From a virus, in IMG/VR virus record IMGVR_UViG_3300043788_000131, positions 1 through 64,000 of that record: 64,000 nt of DNA. One strand, written 5' to 3'. Of the stretch, positions 53,069-63,270 are shown in pieces. A model generated the notes under the pieces. The model did no database searches. It was not told the origin of the DNA and worked only from the letters and a program-made list of their open reading frames with translations. The position numbers and the translations under genes were made by a program. Each line of letters begins with the position of its first letter. The stretch's first letter is position 1.

Positions 53069-55740
53069 CCTCCCCCTCCTTTGATCCCCAGGGCCGCGAG
53101 CGCGCGTAGCGCGTCGGCCATGTCGTCTTCGTCTGTGTTCTGCTGCTGCGCCTGGGCGGCCTGGAGCGCGCGCACCGCGGCGATTGCGTCGCCGAGCTCA
53201 CGGGCGTCGGCCATCTGCCGTGCGAGGCCTGCCGCATCCGGCGGCGTGTATTCGCGGAACGATGGCAGGCCGGCCGAGGTGACGATGCGCGGCGGTCCGC
53301 GGAATATCTCTTGCGGCGGAGGCTCGACCGGCGCGCGTGTGCCGGGCACCTGCGCGTTGCGGCGCCGCTCCTCTTCCCACTTGACGCGGTCCCAGATCGG
53401 CCAGACCGGCGGCTTACGCTCCTCGACGTCCCACGGCGGCTGCGGGAATTGCTTCGGCAGGACGCGCTTGCCGCCGCCAGGAACGAGTGCGGCCGGGAAG
53501 ATGACTACCTGCGGCGGCCAGCTTGCCCACTGCTGCTCGATCGCCGGGAACGGCTTGGTGAACCGATCGACCTCGTAGCCGCGCCAGCCGTCAGGAGTGA
53601 AGAACTTGACGAATTCCGGCAGCCACGCTGCCCATTGCTGTTCGTGGGCCGGCGGATAGTGCTTGGTGAAGACGTCAACTTCGTAGCCGCGCCATCCATC
53701 CGGGAGGAGGCTGACAATCTTGCCTTGCGGTGTGAACGAGGACCATTGCTGTTCGCTTGCTGGCGGATAGTGCTTCGTGAAAGCGTCGGTCTCAAACCCG
53801 CGCCAGCCTTCCGGCAAGGTGCTGAAGATCTTGGTCTGTGGGAACCAACTTGCTTGGGAAATAATGAAGATGCTGTGGAACGCCACGTCGCCCGACATGA
53901 CCGGAACGGGCACGATACTGGACGACACAGTCGGCCAAGCGTCCCACTTCTGATGGGCGACCGGGAACGGCTTCGCGAATATGTCGGTCTCGAAGCCCCG
54001 CCAACCTTCCGGGAAGGCGGTCGCGACGATCACAATCTTCTGTGCCGGCCATGGCGCCCATTGCTGTAGCGCGACCGGGAACGGCGTGACGAAGCGGTCT
54101 ACCTCAAAGCCGCGCCAGCCCTCCGGGAATACCGAAGTGATGGTGCCGCGCGGCTCGAAGGCCTGGATATTCTGCTGCAGCGCCGCCGGGAACGGCTTGG
54201 CAAATCGCGGCGGCGGCTCGTTCCACGCTGTCAGAACCGTGTTGTACGGCGGGATTGTCGGCCAGGAATCGAAGCGCTGTTGTGCGGCGGCGAGCGGCTT
54301 CGTGAACCTGGGCGTCACCTCCTGCCATGCAGTGAGCACGGTGTTGTAGGGAGGTGTCGCCGGCCAGGAATCCCATTTCTGTTCGCTGGCCGGCGGGAAT
54401 GCCTTGGCAAACCGATACTCGTGGGAGCCGCGCCAGCCCTCGACGAAAACGACGGTGCCGATCGTGCCTTGGGGCTCGAAAGCATCCCATCGCTGCTGTG
54501 CCGCGGGCAGTGGTGCCTTGAGGGCGTAATCGAGCTCGAAGGAATAGAAGTCGTTGAAGACCGGCGGCGTGAATGGCACCAGCGAAGTCTGCTGGTAGAT
54601 GACGTAGTAGTCTGAGAACACACCGTCATCGAGGCCGCGCCAGCCTTCGGGGAACGCGACGGTGGCCGAAACCTGCTCTGCCGGCCAGCAATCCCATTGC
54701 TGCCGGGCCGCCGGAACCGGGCTCTTGAAAGCGTAGTCGAGTTCGAATGAGTAGTAGTCGTTGAACGTCGGGGGCGTAAACGGCACCAAGCTAGTTTGCT
54801 GGTAGATCACGCACAGGTCAGAGAAAACGACATCGTCGAGGCCGCGCCAGCCTTCAGGGAAGGCCACGGTGGTTGGGAACGGGACAAAACTATCCCATCG
54901 CTGCTGCGATGCCGGGAAGGCGACCTTGAATAGATCGACCTCGTACCCGCGCCAGCCCTCGAATGGAACGGAAATTACCGCTCCCTGGGGCTCGTATGCG
55001 TCGAATTTCTGTTCCGCGATCGGGAACGGCTTGGCGAACTTGTAGTCCTGCTCGACCCAGGCCGTGAGCGCAGTGTTGAATAGGCCGAACGGCCATGCGT
55101 CCCAGCGCTGCTCGGTCACCGGGAATCGCGGTGCGAACCGCGGTGTCAGTTCTTCCCAGGCCGTAAGCACGGTGTTGTACGGCGGCAGCGAGGGCCAGGA
55201 ATCGAACCGCTGTTCCGAGGCGGCAAATGACTTGGCGAACCGCGGCGTGAACTCTGCCCAGGCGGTCAGGACCGTGTTGTAGGGTGGCTGTGCCGTCCAG
55301 GACGCCCATTGCTGCTGCGCCGGGTTGAGCGGCGGTATCTTGTTGGCGTCTAGTTGGATACCGCGCCAGCCTTCGGGGAAGATGCTGACGATGGTGCCCG
55401 CGGGCTCGAAGCTCTCCCACTTCTGTTGGGCTGCGGCGAGCGGCACCTTGAAGGCATCGGTCTCAAAGCCGCGCCAGCCTTCCGGATTGACGACGGGGGT
55501 CGACACCGCCGGCACCACCAAGGTCGAGGCTTGCGATATAACAAAAATGTTATGAAAGCAGACATCACCGCCCATCGAGGGTACGGGGACGGGCGTCGGC
55601 GGCAACGCGATGAAACTGGTTGTCTGAACGATCACCGGCAACGTAACGACAACGTCGCTGACAATCTCAGGCGCAAGGCCCCCAGGTGGCGTCGGTGGCG
55701 GTGGTAGTATGCTGCCGATCGGGTAAAGGACTATACGCAT
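53065..55740 (-). CDS. 891-aa Trp/Pro/Phe-rich tandem-repeat protein
   Basis: about 18 units of ~30-35 aa: (E/D)GWRG or NTVLTAW head followed by F.KPFP..QQ.W. Confidence 0.85.
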   Translation of the reverse strand: MRIVLYPIGSILPPPPTPPGGLAPEIVSDVVVTLPVIVQTTSFIALPPTPVPVPSMGGDVCFHNIFVISQASTLVVPAVSTPVVNPEGWRGFETDAFKVPLAAAQQKWESFEPAGTIVSIFPEGWRGIQLDANKIPPLNPAQQQWASWTAQPPYNTVLTAWAEFTPRFAKSFAASEQRFDSWPSLPPYNTVLTAWEELTPRFAPRFPVTEQRWDAWPFGLFNTALTAWVEQDYKFAKPFPIAEQKFDAYEPQGAVISVPFEGWRGYEVDLFKVAFPASQQRWDSFVPFPTTVAFPEGWRGLDDVVFSDLCVIYQQTSLVPFTPPTFNDYYSFELDYAFKSPVPAARQQWDCWPAEQVSATVAFPEGWRGLDDGVFSDYYVIYQQTSLVPFTPPVFNDFYSFELDYALKAPLPAAQQRWDAFEPQGTIGTVVFVEGWRGSHEYRFAKAFPPASEQKWDSWPATPPYNTVLTAWQEVTPRFTKPLAAAQQRFDSWPTIPPYNTVLTAWNEPPPRFAKPFPAALQQNIQAFEPRGTITSVFPEGWRGFEVDRFVTPFPVALQQWAPWPAQKIVIVATAFPEGWRGFETDIFAKPFPVAHQKWDAWPTVSSSIVPVPVMSGDVAFHSIFIISQASWFPQTKIFSTLPEGWRGFETDAFTKHYPPASEQQWSSFTPQGKIVSLLPDGWRGYEVDVFTKHYPPAHEQQWAAWLPEFVKFFTPDGWRGYEVDRFTKPFPAIEQQWASWPPQVVIFPAALVPGGGKRVLPKQFPQPPWDVEERKPPVWPIWDRVKWEEERRRNAQVPGTRAPVEPPPQEIFRGPPRIVTSAGLPSFREYTPPDAAGLARQMADARELGDAIAAVRALQAAQAQQQNTDEDDMADALRALAALGIKGGGG

Positions 55741-55756
55741 TTTCCCGACGCCTTAA

Positions 55757-56797
55757 TTAGTAAGCGATGATCGGGGAGCGGCGGATCAAACCTCCCATTT
55801 GGCTGCTGAAGCTCTGGAGTGGGGCTGGCACTATCGGCGAATAGGTGAGGACGAGGATGCCGGCGCCGGCATTGAAGGCGCCTGCTGCATTGGTTCCGAA
55901 GTTGCCGACACCACCTGAGCCACCGCCGTACAAACCGCCGTTACCGGGTTTGCCCGCATTGGTCGCGCCACCATTTCCACCCGATCCGCCGCCGCCGCCG
56001 CCTGGGCCGGCCGTTGCCGAGTTGGATGTCTGGGTCCAGAGATTGTTGGTCGCTCCGTCGCCGCCTGCGCCGTTTGTGGACGTGCCTGCATTGTTGAATG
56101 GGCCACCACCACCGCCGCCAGATCCCGTTCCGGCCGTGCCAGCCGTACCAGCCCCGCCGGGGCCGCCGGCTGCGCCGCCAGGGCCGCCTCCTGATCCACC
56201 TTGGCCGTTGCCTCCAGTTGTCCCGGATGAGTTGGTAGTGTTCCCTTGAGCGACACCGATTGATCCACCATTCGAGCCGCCACCGCCTGCGCCGCCGCTG
56301 GATGAGGAGGTAGTATCTCCGGTGGTCGATCCGCCGGCCGCGCCTACACCGCTAGGACCGCCCGCACCACCGCCGCCGGAGCCTGGTGAAGCATTGGCCG
56401 TTGTCGCAGCACCGCCAGCGCCGCCATTGTTGTTGGCTGTTGTGCCTGTGCCGCCTGAACCGCCAGCCGGTGCCGTGCCACTATTGAATGTCGCGCCACC
56501 TCCACCAAAGGCTTTAGTGCCTACAGTTGCGTTGTCGTCTTTCAATATCTGAGTGAAGGTGCCAGCAGTTCCGTTAGTGCTGTATGATCCGGGCCCGCCA
56601 GCGCCGATTTGACAGGTGCGTGTAGCTCCCTGTGTGTAAGCTTGGTTCTGGTTTTTCCGATATTCGCCGCCGCCACCGCCGCAAGGAAACGAGCCGCCGC
56701 CGCCAGCGCCTACGCATTCAACGAAATTATTCGCCGAGTTCCAGTCACTCGGAATTACCGTAGTCAGGCCGCTGGTGATGAAAACAACGGTTGCCAT
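55757..56797 (-). CDS. glycine-rich fibre-like protein
   Basis: VECVGAGGGG..GGGGGEY, PE-PGRS-like GG repeats, GILVLTY. Confidence 0.8.
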   Translation of the reverse strand: MATVVFITSGLTTVIPSDWNSANNFVECVGAGGGGSFPCGGGGGEYRKNQNQAYTQGATRTCQIGAGGPGSYSTNGTAGTFTQILKDDNATVGTKAFGGGGATFNSGTAPAGGSGGTGTTANNNGGAGGAATTANASPGSGGGGAGGPSGVGAAGGSTTGDTTSSSSGGAGGGGSNGGSIGVAQGNTTNSSGTTGGNGQGGSGGGPGGAAGGPGGAGTAGTAGTGSGGGGGGPFNNAGTSTNGAGGDGATNNLWTQTSNSATAGPGGGGGGSGGNGGATNAGKPGNGGLYGGGSGGVGNFGTNAAGAFNAGAGILVLTYSPIVPAPLQSFSSQMGGLIRRSPIIAY

Positions 56798-56812
56798 AGG
56801 TTAAAGCCCAAC

Positions 56813-56834
56813 AAAAAGCCGCCCGGAGGCGGCT
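56813..56834 (-). terminator. intrinsic terminator
   Basis: AGCCGCC-TCCG-GGCGGC-TTTTT. Confidence 0.75.
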
Positions 56835-56858
56835 CGAAATGGGAAGCGGGCGTTCTTT

Positions 56859-57386
56859 TTAGGGCTTTGGAATAACTGTTGCAGGAACAGTCTTTGGCAG
56901 TGCCGTGCCTTTGTCGCCCGGAGTGCCGGCGGGTATCGTAAATGCCGGAGCAGTGAACAATCCGGTAGCCGGGTTAAACGTGCAGCCAATGGTGATGAGC
57001 GGCGAGTAGCACAGCGCTATCGTGAAGCCGGCCGGCGCGGAATCAATGGCGGGGTCGGCGGCTACAAGCTGCTGCACCGTGTTCGTGCCGTCGATGAGGG
57101 CACAAGTCAGTTGCGGCGGCGCGACGCCGGTCGCGGTCTGAATTGCACTTATCCATTGCGGATACCCGTCGGCGCTTACCGCATTTGGCGGCACCGACTG
57201 GATCAGCGCAGACTCGCCGGGGAGCAAAGGGTGCAAACTCGGTGGCGTGAGCGAGTGCCCGACAATGACTGCCGGGGTTGTGCCGTCCGGCATTGTTCCG
57301 AGAGAAATCTGGCCTTCGTCATCAGCAATGGTGCGCCGGTGCATCTTCGATGCCGTCGCGTAAACAATCGCATACGACGCAGCCAT
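56859..57386 (-). CDS. fibre-associated small protein
   Basis: between Gly-rich genes; IGCTFNPATGLFTAP. Confidence 0.65.
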   Translation of the reverse strand: MAASYAIVYATASKMHRRTIADDEGQISLGTMPDGTTPAVIVGHSLTPPSLHPLLPGESALIQSVPPNAVSADGYPQWISAIQTATGVAPPQLTCALIDGTNTVQQLVAADPAIDSAPAGFTIALCYSPLITIGCTFNPATGLFTAPAFTIPAGTPGDKGTALPKTVPATVIPKP

Positions 57387-57417
57387 GATTGTCCCTTTGC
57401 AGATCGCCGGCCTGGGA

Positions 57418-58497
57418 CTACCAGTACGGGACCATGATCGTCTGGTTCCTTAGGCGGACGAGTTGGTCTGCTCCGTCGTGAAACATTCCCGCCCAAACAA
57501 TGAGGGGGTTGAAGGTGATGCCGATCAGGCCGCCGGCACCCGTGCCACCCGCGGGAGCGGTTGTCATTGTCCCGTTGGCTGAGCCCGATCCGGCACCGCC
57601 GCCACCGTAATTTCCTCCATTCCCGCCCTTCAAAACGGAAGTGGTCGTCGACGATCCGGTGGCGCCAGAGCCGCCGCCGCCGCCGCCCGCGCCATGCGTG
57701 CCGTCATAGGTGGTGTCAGAGCCTCCATTGCCGCCTGTATTCGTGGTGGTTGCGCCGGAAGAACCGTTTGATCCTGATGCGCCGCCGCCTATGGTGCCGT
57801 TGGCCCCGGTCGTGCCGCCGCCAGTACCAGCGCCAGCGCCGCTTGTTCCTTGGCCGCCATTAGCGCCGGTCGTCGTCGTGGAGGTTGTGCCGGCGGTCGA
57901 CGAGCCACCATTTGACCCGCCACCGCCACCGCCACCGGCGTTGTTCACGCTTGAAGTATTGCTGCCTCCGGCCTTGCCGCCGCCTACGGAGCCAGCCGCG
58001 CCACCGCCGCCGCCGCCGGGGGCATTTGTGCCCGTGCCGGTGGTGGACGTGCCACCTTGTCCGCCGGTTTGCGAAACGGCGGTATAAGTTACGGCAGGTG
58101 ACCCGTTGGTAACCCCGGCGCCACCGGCACCGCCTGTCGCTGTCGTGCTGGCGGCCCCATCAGGTCCCGCGTTCCCGCACTGCGCTTCGTAGGTGTTTGT
58201 TGTTGTTGTGCCCTGCCAAAACGTAGCGAGGGTGTTTTGGTCGGCGGTGTTCGTATTTTGCGCGGCAATGGCGAACGCCGTGGTGGAGGAGAGAATGCCT
58301 GCGGACCATGTCAGCAGATAAGACCCACCTCCGCCGCCACCCGCCGCGCCACCTCCAGCCGTGGCGCCGTTGCCGTTGTGGCCGTTTCCACCCTTGCCAC
58401 CAGAGCCCACTAACTGGACGGTATGCCCTTGCTCCTGGAAACTATTTACCTTGGCCCAGGGCGATGAACTTGCCGAGGTGAGAAAGACCTGCGCCAT
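57418..58497 (-). CDS. glycine-rich fibre-like protein (paralogue of 55757-56797)
   Basis: VQLVGSGGKGG..GGGGGGSY, GG/T repeats, GLIGITF. Confidence 0.8.
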   Translation of the reverse strand: MAQVFLTSASSSPWAKVNSFQEQGHTVQLVGSGGKGGNGHNGNGATAGGGAAGGGGGGSYLLTWSAGILSSTTAFAIAAQNTNTADQNTLATFWQGTTTTNTYEAQCGNAGPDGAASTTATGGAGGAGVTNGSPAVTYTAVSQTGGQGGTSTTGTGTNAPGGGGGGAAGSVGGGKAGGSNTSSVNNAGGGGGGGSNGGSSTAGTTSTTTTGANGGQGTSGAGAGTGGGTTGANGTIGGGASGSNGSSGATTTNTGGNGGSDTTYDGTHGAGGGGGGSGATGSSTTTSVLKGGNGGNYGGGGAGSGSANGTMTTAPAGGTGAGGLIGITFNPLIVWAGMFHDGADQLVRLRNQTIMVPYW

Positions 58498-58500
58498 TTC

Positions 58501-58821
58501 TCACCCCATTACGATCGCGTCCGTGTCCATGCTGCGCTTGAAGTGCGGGTTCTCGGTGCAGCGGATCAGGTACATCTTGATTGGTAGTTGTTCGAGGACC
58601 GCGGGATCGTTGCGCGATCTGATCCATTCGCCGACGCACCGCTCGATGGTTGCTATCAGCCATGGAATTTTCTCCCACGGCACCGGCTCCTCGACCTGCA
58701 GGCCCTCGATAACAAAGCAGAGTTCGTCGATGCGGGTGTGGTGGCAGAAGGCCTCTTTCTGATCCACGACGAAGCGCAAGCCGCCGTAGGGATCGAGGAT
58801 GCCGCAAACGTCGCTCTTCAT
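58501..58821 (-). CDS. hypothetical protein
   Basis: ORF track. Confidence 0.6.
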   Translation of the reverse strand: MKSDVCGILDPYGGLRFVVDQKEAFCHHTRIDELCFVIEGLQVEEPVPWEKIPWLIATIERCVGEWIRSRNDPAVLEQLPIKMYLIRCTENPHFKRSMDTDAIVMG

Positions 58822-58965
58822 TTACCCCGAGGCCAGACTGATGATGCGCTGGATGATCGAGGGAAAATTCACGCCAAACTGCGCCCAGATCGGCAGCACA
58901 TACGGCGTGAGGTTGATCGGGTTCGACTGGTCCGCGATCAACCCGTAGTAGATCGCTGGCATCAT
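58822..58965 (-). CDS. small hypothetical protein
   Basis: GAGG RBS, ATG 58965. Confidence 0.45.
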   Translation of the reverse strand: MMPAIYYGLIADQSNPINLTPYVLPIWAQFGVNFPSIIQRIISLASG

Positions 58966-58967
58966 CG

Positions 58968-59297
58968 TCAGATCCTCAGAAGCTTCCAGGGGAAGGTGCG
59001 GCCGGTGCCGGCCTGCTGGTTCAGCGTGACCTTGAGCGATTGATCGCTCGCGATCGGCGGGCTGATCTTGTGATCGTTCAGTTGGTTGTGCTGGTAGGTG
59101 CCCTTCCAAGCCTGGGTGAGCGCGCCGCCGTTGAGCGTGACCGTGTAGATGCGCACTTCCAGGAGATCGCCGTTCACCAGATTGGTAACGTCCACCTCAA
59201 AGACGAAGGTGGCGTTGTTGCTGTCGGTGACCAGCGTCGTTTCCGAGCCAATCGAAAGCGCACCCGTGGTGCCGCTGGAGGACAGGGTCCACGCCAT
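58968..59297 (-). CDS. small beta-sandwich virion protein
   Basis: beta-strand pattern, Thr-rich. Confidence 0.65.
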   Translation of the reverse strand: MAWTLSSSGTTGALSIGSETTLVTDSNNATFVFEVDVTNLVNGDLLEVRIYTVTLNGGALTQAWKGTYQHNQLNDHKISPPIASDQSLKVTLNQQAGTGRTFPWKLLRI

Positions 59298-59326
59298 CGC
59301 TGCCAAACCTGAGTTTTAGGTGTTTG

Positions 59327-60142
59327 CTACTGATAGATGCCGTAGACAGAGACATCTATCGTGGAGGAGCCGGAGCCAGTTTGACACCGCGCCCACAAGT
59401 TGGTGCCGTTGGGGACTGAAATGAAGTACGGCCCCCAGGAGGCTGGCAACGGCGCCGCATAAGCCACGTTGTCCCAAAAACCGGCGACGTCAGGGATGAT
59501 GACTTGCTGTGAGCCGCCCGCACCGAGCGCAATATCCAAAAGGAAGTGGGTGTCCGTAGAGGGCGACACTTGGTTGTCCAGGCCAATCAGAAGGCCCATG
59601 TAATCGCGTGCCGTCACGCCAAGACTGGTGTAGCTGCCTTTTGTGTTGGAGGCGCCAGCGGTGATCGTGGTGCCATGGCTGGAAGCGGTGAGGGCACCGA
59701 TCGAATCTACGCCCGCGGCGCCTTCCATCTGCGTGAAAGAGCCATCGAATAGCTGGACAGCCACGTTACAGCCGGCCGAGGCGGTGTTGGATTGGCCGCG
59801 GGCCGAAATCCTGGTGCCGGCTGGCACCGTGATCGGGAAGAAGTAGAACGAACAGATTTCGTTAACAAAGGCCGCGCAACCGGCCAGATTATTGACGACG
59901 ACTTTCTCGGATGCGGCGGCGCCTATGGCAATGTCCACTAGGAACGTGCCGGTGCCACTAGTGACGTCGATGGTGACGCCCATCCAGCAGGCGTCGAATG
60001 CGGTTGAGGCTATTAGAGTAGTGTAGGCGCCTTTGGTGTTGGTCGAGCCAGATGCAGTGATAGCAATGCCAGAGCTTCCGGCGGCTAAAACCCCGGATTT
60101 GCCATTGCAAATCTCAAGGCCGAGAGGAAAACCGCCCGCCAT
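59327..60142 (-). CDS. virion protein with two-domain internal duplication
   Basis: two copies of IT....NTKG.YT.L...FL.DIA.GA..S..V. Confidence 0.7.
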   Translation of the reverse strand: MAGGFPLGLEICNGKSGVLAAGSSGIAITASGSTNTKGAYTTLIASTAFDACWMGVTIDVTSGTGTFLVDIAIGAAASEKVVVNNLAGCAAFVNEICSFYFFPITVPAGTRISARGQSNTASAGCNVAVQLFDGSFTQMEGAAGVDSIGALTASSHGTTITAGASNTKGSYTSLGVTARDYMGLLIGLDNQVSPSTDTHFLLDIALGAGGSQQVIIPDVAGFWDNVAYAAPLPASWGPYFISVPNGTNLWARCQTGSGSSTIDVSVYGIYQ

Positions 60143-60167
60143 AACAAGCCCCGCGATGTAAGAGAGA

Positions 60168-60470
60168 TCAGGTTTTGCCGATGTCAGTCCAAAGCATCTG
60201 ACCGGCTTCGATGCGCTTCAGCTTTTCCTCGAATGGGTCACATACGCCAGTAGCCGCGCACCGAGGGCAAATAAGCCCATCGAGGTAATTCGTCCCCCCG
60301 TGGATTCGGCAAAAACCGCCGACATCAGCGGGATCGGCGAAGGGCGGGACGAACACGGCTTTCTGGCAGTGCGCACAGACGAAGCCGTCCGATTCCTTGA
60401 CCCGTTGCTGTCCTTTGGATCGCTGTGGGTCATCGTCGGTCTGTATGAAGTAGAAGCCGGTGCGTCTCAT
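60168..60470 (-). CDS. Cys-rich zinc-binding protein
   Basis: CAHC, CRIH, CPRC, CDPFE. Confidence 0.65.
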   Translation of the reverse strand: MRRTGFYFIQTDDDPQRSKGQQRVKESDGFVCAHCQKAVFVPPFADPADVGGFCRIHGGTNYLDGLICPRCAATGVCDPFEEKLKRIEAGQMLWTDIGKT

Positions 60471-61252
60471 GGCCGTAGGATCTTCGAGGCCGGCGGTTGC
60501 TGCTGGAAGAACCTCAAGGTCGGATCGCCCTTGGGGACGCACACGACGTTGATGCCCGCCGGAATGAACTCGTAGTTCTGCCCGAGGTGAAACTTGAGCA
60601 CATCCATGCCGCAGACGTGGTGCTCGATCTGTAGCACCGGCTTGAACCGCGCGATCGTCTCGCGCGCGCCGCGCAGCGCCTTCGGCTCCATGCCCTCGAT
60701 GTCGAGCTTGAGGAAGTCGAGACGCGGCAGCTTCAGCGCGTCGATCGCCATCTTCCTGACCATCACCCTGCGCATCGGTTGGGCGCCTGGATCACATTCG
60801 GCGTCCATGTGGCAGCCGCCGGAATTGTGGGGGGTTTCGCAGTCCCACTCCGGGATCTCCGCCTCGCCCGGCTCGGCGTCGAGGATTGCTCGGAAGGCGC
60901 GGGCGTTCGTACAGTTGTTGATCGCGATATTGCCGCACAGAGCGTAGAAGACGCGCTCCTGCGGCTCGATGGCGATGATGTCGCCCCAGCCGCGGATGGC
61001 GTTGGCCCAGGCGACGGTGATGTAGCCGATGTTCGCCCCGCCATCGACTACCATCAGGTGTGTGTTTCGCGTCTGCTTGAGCGCCTGCAAAATCTGTATG
61101 CCCGCCGCGATTTCGCGGATTTCGCAGTCGCCGTTCTCAAGGATACAGGCACCCCCGCCCAGGCCCTCGTGGTTGGTGTCGTAGTCGAGGCGATTAACGA
61201 TCAGCGTGCCGGTGTCGGCCGCCGCGAGCACAAACGAGAGCTTGCGGTTCAT
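60467..61252 (-). CDS. FkbM-family SAM methyltransferase
   Basis: VVDGGANIGY, IAIEPQ, LKLDIEGME, FKPVLQIE. Confidence 0.92.
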   Translation of the reverse strand: MNRKLSFVLAAADTGTLIVNRLDYDTNHEGLGGGACILENGDCEIREIAAGIQILQALKQTRNTHLMVVDGGANIGYITVAWANAIRGWGDIIAIEPQERVFYALCGNIAINNCTNARAFRAILDAEPGEAEIPEWDCETPHNSGGCHMDAECDPGAQPMRRVMVRKMAIDALKLPRLDFLKLDIEGMEPKALRGARETIARFKPVLQIEHHVCGMDVLKFHLGQNYEFIPAGINVVCVPKGDPTLRFFQQQPPASKILRP

Positions 61253-61425
61253 GCCCGGCCCGCCATGACAGCGGTTGCATGGGCGTGGGCGACTAGAAAC
61301 ATCCCCGCAAAGGCGGCGCCTTGGCCGAATTCATCAACCTGGAGGAGTTTCGCCGCCGCCGAAAGAAGTCCAGCCGAAACAGTGGCCAGACAAAAAGGCA
61401 ACGCGACGTCGATCAACTTCCTCAT
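61249..61425 (-). CDS. small two-TM membrane protein
   Basis: ATGA overlaps on both sides; hydrophobic. Confidence 0.5.
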   Translation of the reverse strand: MRKLIDVALPFCLATVSAGLLSAAAKLLQVDEFGQGAAFAGMFLVAHAHATAVMAGRA

Positions 61426-61841
61426 AGCGCCTCGATCTCGATGACTTCCTCGCCCGCCTGCTGCGTGCCGTTGAGCATCGGGAAGAAGGTCTGATCGTCG
61501 GCGGCGACGGTAAGGACGAGCTCGTTCTTGCGGCGGGCTGCCTTGAACATGTCGCCGGCCCAAACGCGGGCGATGGCGTCTTTCAGTTTCTCGGCCACGA
61601 CTTCGGCGAGCTCATCCGGCGAGCACGGCACCTTAGTTATCGCCGGCTGGTTCGGATCGGGCTGAACAATCCACTTCGCGTCGAACGAAGTCTCGCCCTC
61701 GCGGATCGGCCGCCACAGGTCCTCTTTCTTGACCTTGTAGCCGGCCTCGGTGCAGCCGCCGCGCGAGGCGGTGTAGCAGATGCGGATTTCGTCGCCCTCA
61801 ACCAGGGCCACGGGCTTCACGCGAGCAAAGATGGTTTTCAC
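61422..61841 (-). CDS. hypothetical protein
   Basis: GTGA overlap with glycosyltransferase stop. Confidence 0.65.
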   Translation of the reverse strand: MKTIFARVKPVALVEGDEIRICYTASRGGCTEAGYKVKKEDLWRPIREGETSFDAKWIVQPDPNQPAITKVPCSPDELAEVVAEKLKDAIARVWAGDMFKAARRKNELVLTVAADDQTFFPMLNGTQQAGEEVIEIEAL

Positions 61842-63208
61842 AGGTTTTCCAGCGCGAGTTTCACGTTTGCGATGACGCTGTCCCAATCGCCGAGCGCGGG
61901 CTGACGGAAGACCTTCATCGAGGAGTACCAGATCGTTTCGTTGTCCTCGCGCATCCACGGCCAGTAGCCGTTGAAGCGCACGAGGTTCCAAACAGACTTG
62001 CCGAGCGCGCCGGCGAGGTGCGCGACCGCGGTGTCGACCGTGATGACCAGATCGAGGTTCTTGATGAACTGCGCAGTGTCGTGCAGGTCGTCGATCAACT
62101 CGACAAAGTTGGCGATCGGCATATCGCGCGGGATGTCCGCCTTCGGCACCTGCAGCGAGACGAAGGTGACGCCCTTGATGCCCATGAGTGGGCGGAGCAT
62201 TTCCAGCGGAATCGACTTGGCGCTGGCAGAGGCCTCGGTCTCAGGCTGTAAAGGGCGGCGCCCACTCGACCAGCACAGGCCGACGCGCAAGCGCTCGGGC
62301 AGCGCCGCCAGCCGCTTAGCAAACTCGTCGGGCTGGTCGCCGTATCTCGGCTGCGTCGTAAGATAGGGGAAGGGCCGAATGTCGGCCGGCCCCATGCCAA
62401 GCAGTCGCGGCACGTCGAGCAGCGGGCACGAAAAGTCGATTGCCGCAGGGTCTTTGTACTGGTCGCCGCTGGCAAGGACATCGCTGCTGAATGACGCCTC
62501 GGCAAGCCGCTTTGCGGTTGGCCTCACTTCGAGGATAATGCGGGCGAAGGGGTAGCGCTTCTGGACATCGTCAACGAAACGCAGCGCCATGATCTCATCG
62601 CCGTATCCCTGCTCGGAGAAGAGCAGGATCTGCCTGTCGTCGAGGTCTTGGCCCTCCCAAGGCTTGAAGGTTCGGAACGGGCGAGGCGGGAACGGCGTGT
62701 CGAACCAGCGCCAGTGGTAGTTTTCGAACCCCTCTCTCCAGCGGCCAAGCGCGAGGTAGATCACCCCCAGCTTGACGCGGGCATCCTGGTTATGAGGCTC
62801 GATCTCAAGCGCGGCCTCGAACTCCTTCGCTGCCGCATCAAGCTCCATGGTGTGGGCGAACATCCCCCCACAGAGAATGTGCGGCGTAGCGGTGTTCGCG
62901 AGTTCGAGCGCACGCTGGAACGACAGCCGCGCCGATTCCCACATGCCGTTTTCGGCGAAGGCATAGCCGCGATTCGACCAGACGTCTGGCTGGTCCTCGC
63001 GGATCGAAAGCGAGCGGTCGAAGTAAACCAGGGCGTCGAAGAACCGGCGCTCCTTGAGCAGGCAGATGCCGCGGACATGCCACGCCTCTGCGAGCTCGGG
63101 TTTCACCCGAAGCGCCTGGACGCATAGGTCGCCAGCCCGTTCGAAGGCACCCGCCTTCAACGCGCTGACCGCCAACTCCAGGATCTGGTCCCCCCGCCAT
63201 GTGACCAT
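61838..63208 (-). CDS. TPR-repeat glycosyltransferase (GT9-like)
   Basis: TPRs; EQGYGDEIMALRF; DLVITVDTAVAHLAGALGK; WYSSMKVFRQ..GDW. Confidence 0.92.
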   Translation of the reverse strand: MVTWRGDQILELAVSALKAGAFERAGDLCVQALRVKPELAEAWHVRGICLLKERRFFDALVYFDRSLSIREDQPDVWSNRGYAFAENGMWESARLSFQRALELANTATPHILCGGMFAHTMELDAAAKEFEAALEIEPHNQDARVKLGVIYLALGRWREGFENYHWRWFDTPFPPRPFRTFKPWEGQDLDDRQILLFSEQGYGDEIMALRFVDDVQKRYPFARIILEVRPTAKRLAEASFSSDVLASGDQYKDPAAIDFSCPLLDVPRLLGMGPADIRPFPYLTTQPRYGDQPDEFAKRLAALPERLRVGLCWSSGRRPLQPETEASASAKSIPLEMLRPLMGIKGVTFVSLQVPKADIPRDMPIANFVELIDDLHDTAQFIKNLDLVITVDTAVAHLAGALGKSVWNLVRFNGYWPWMREDNETIWYSSMKVFRQPALGDWDSVIANVKLALENL

Positions 63209-63270
63209 GGCGGGAGGGTTACCAGTGGGCCACTTAGCAGCCGGTTAACGCTCCGGCGGCCTGTGAGCCC

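Noticed and set aside
53065-55740. Diversity-generating retroelement template/variable repeats
   Set aside because: No reverse transcriptase in the window; repeats are in-frame protein repeats without evident adenine-specific variation.
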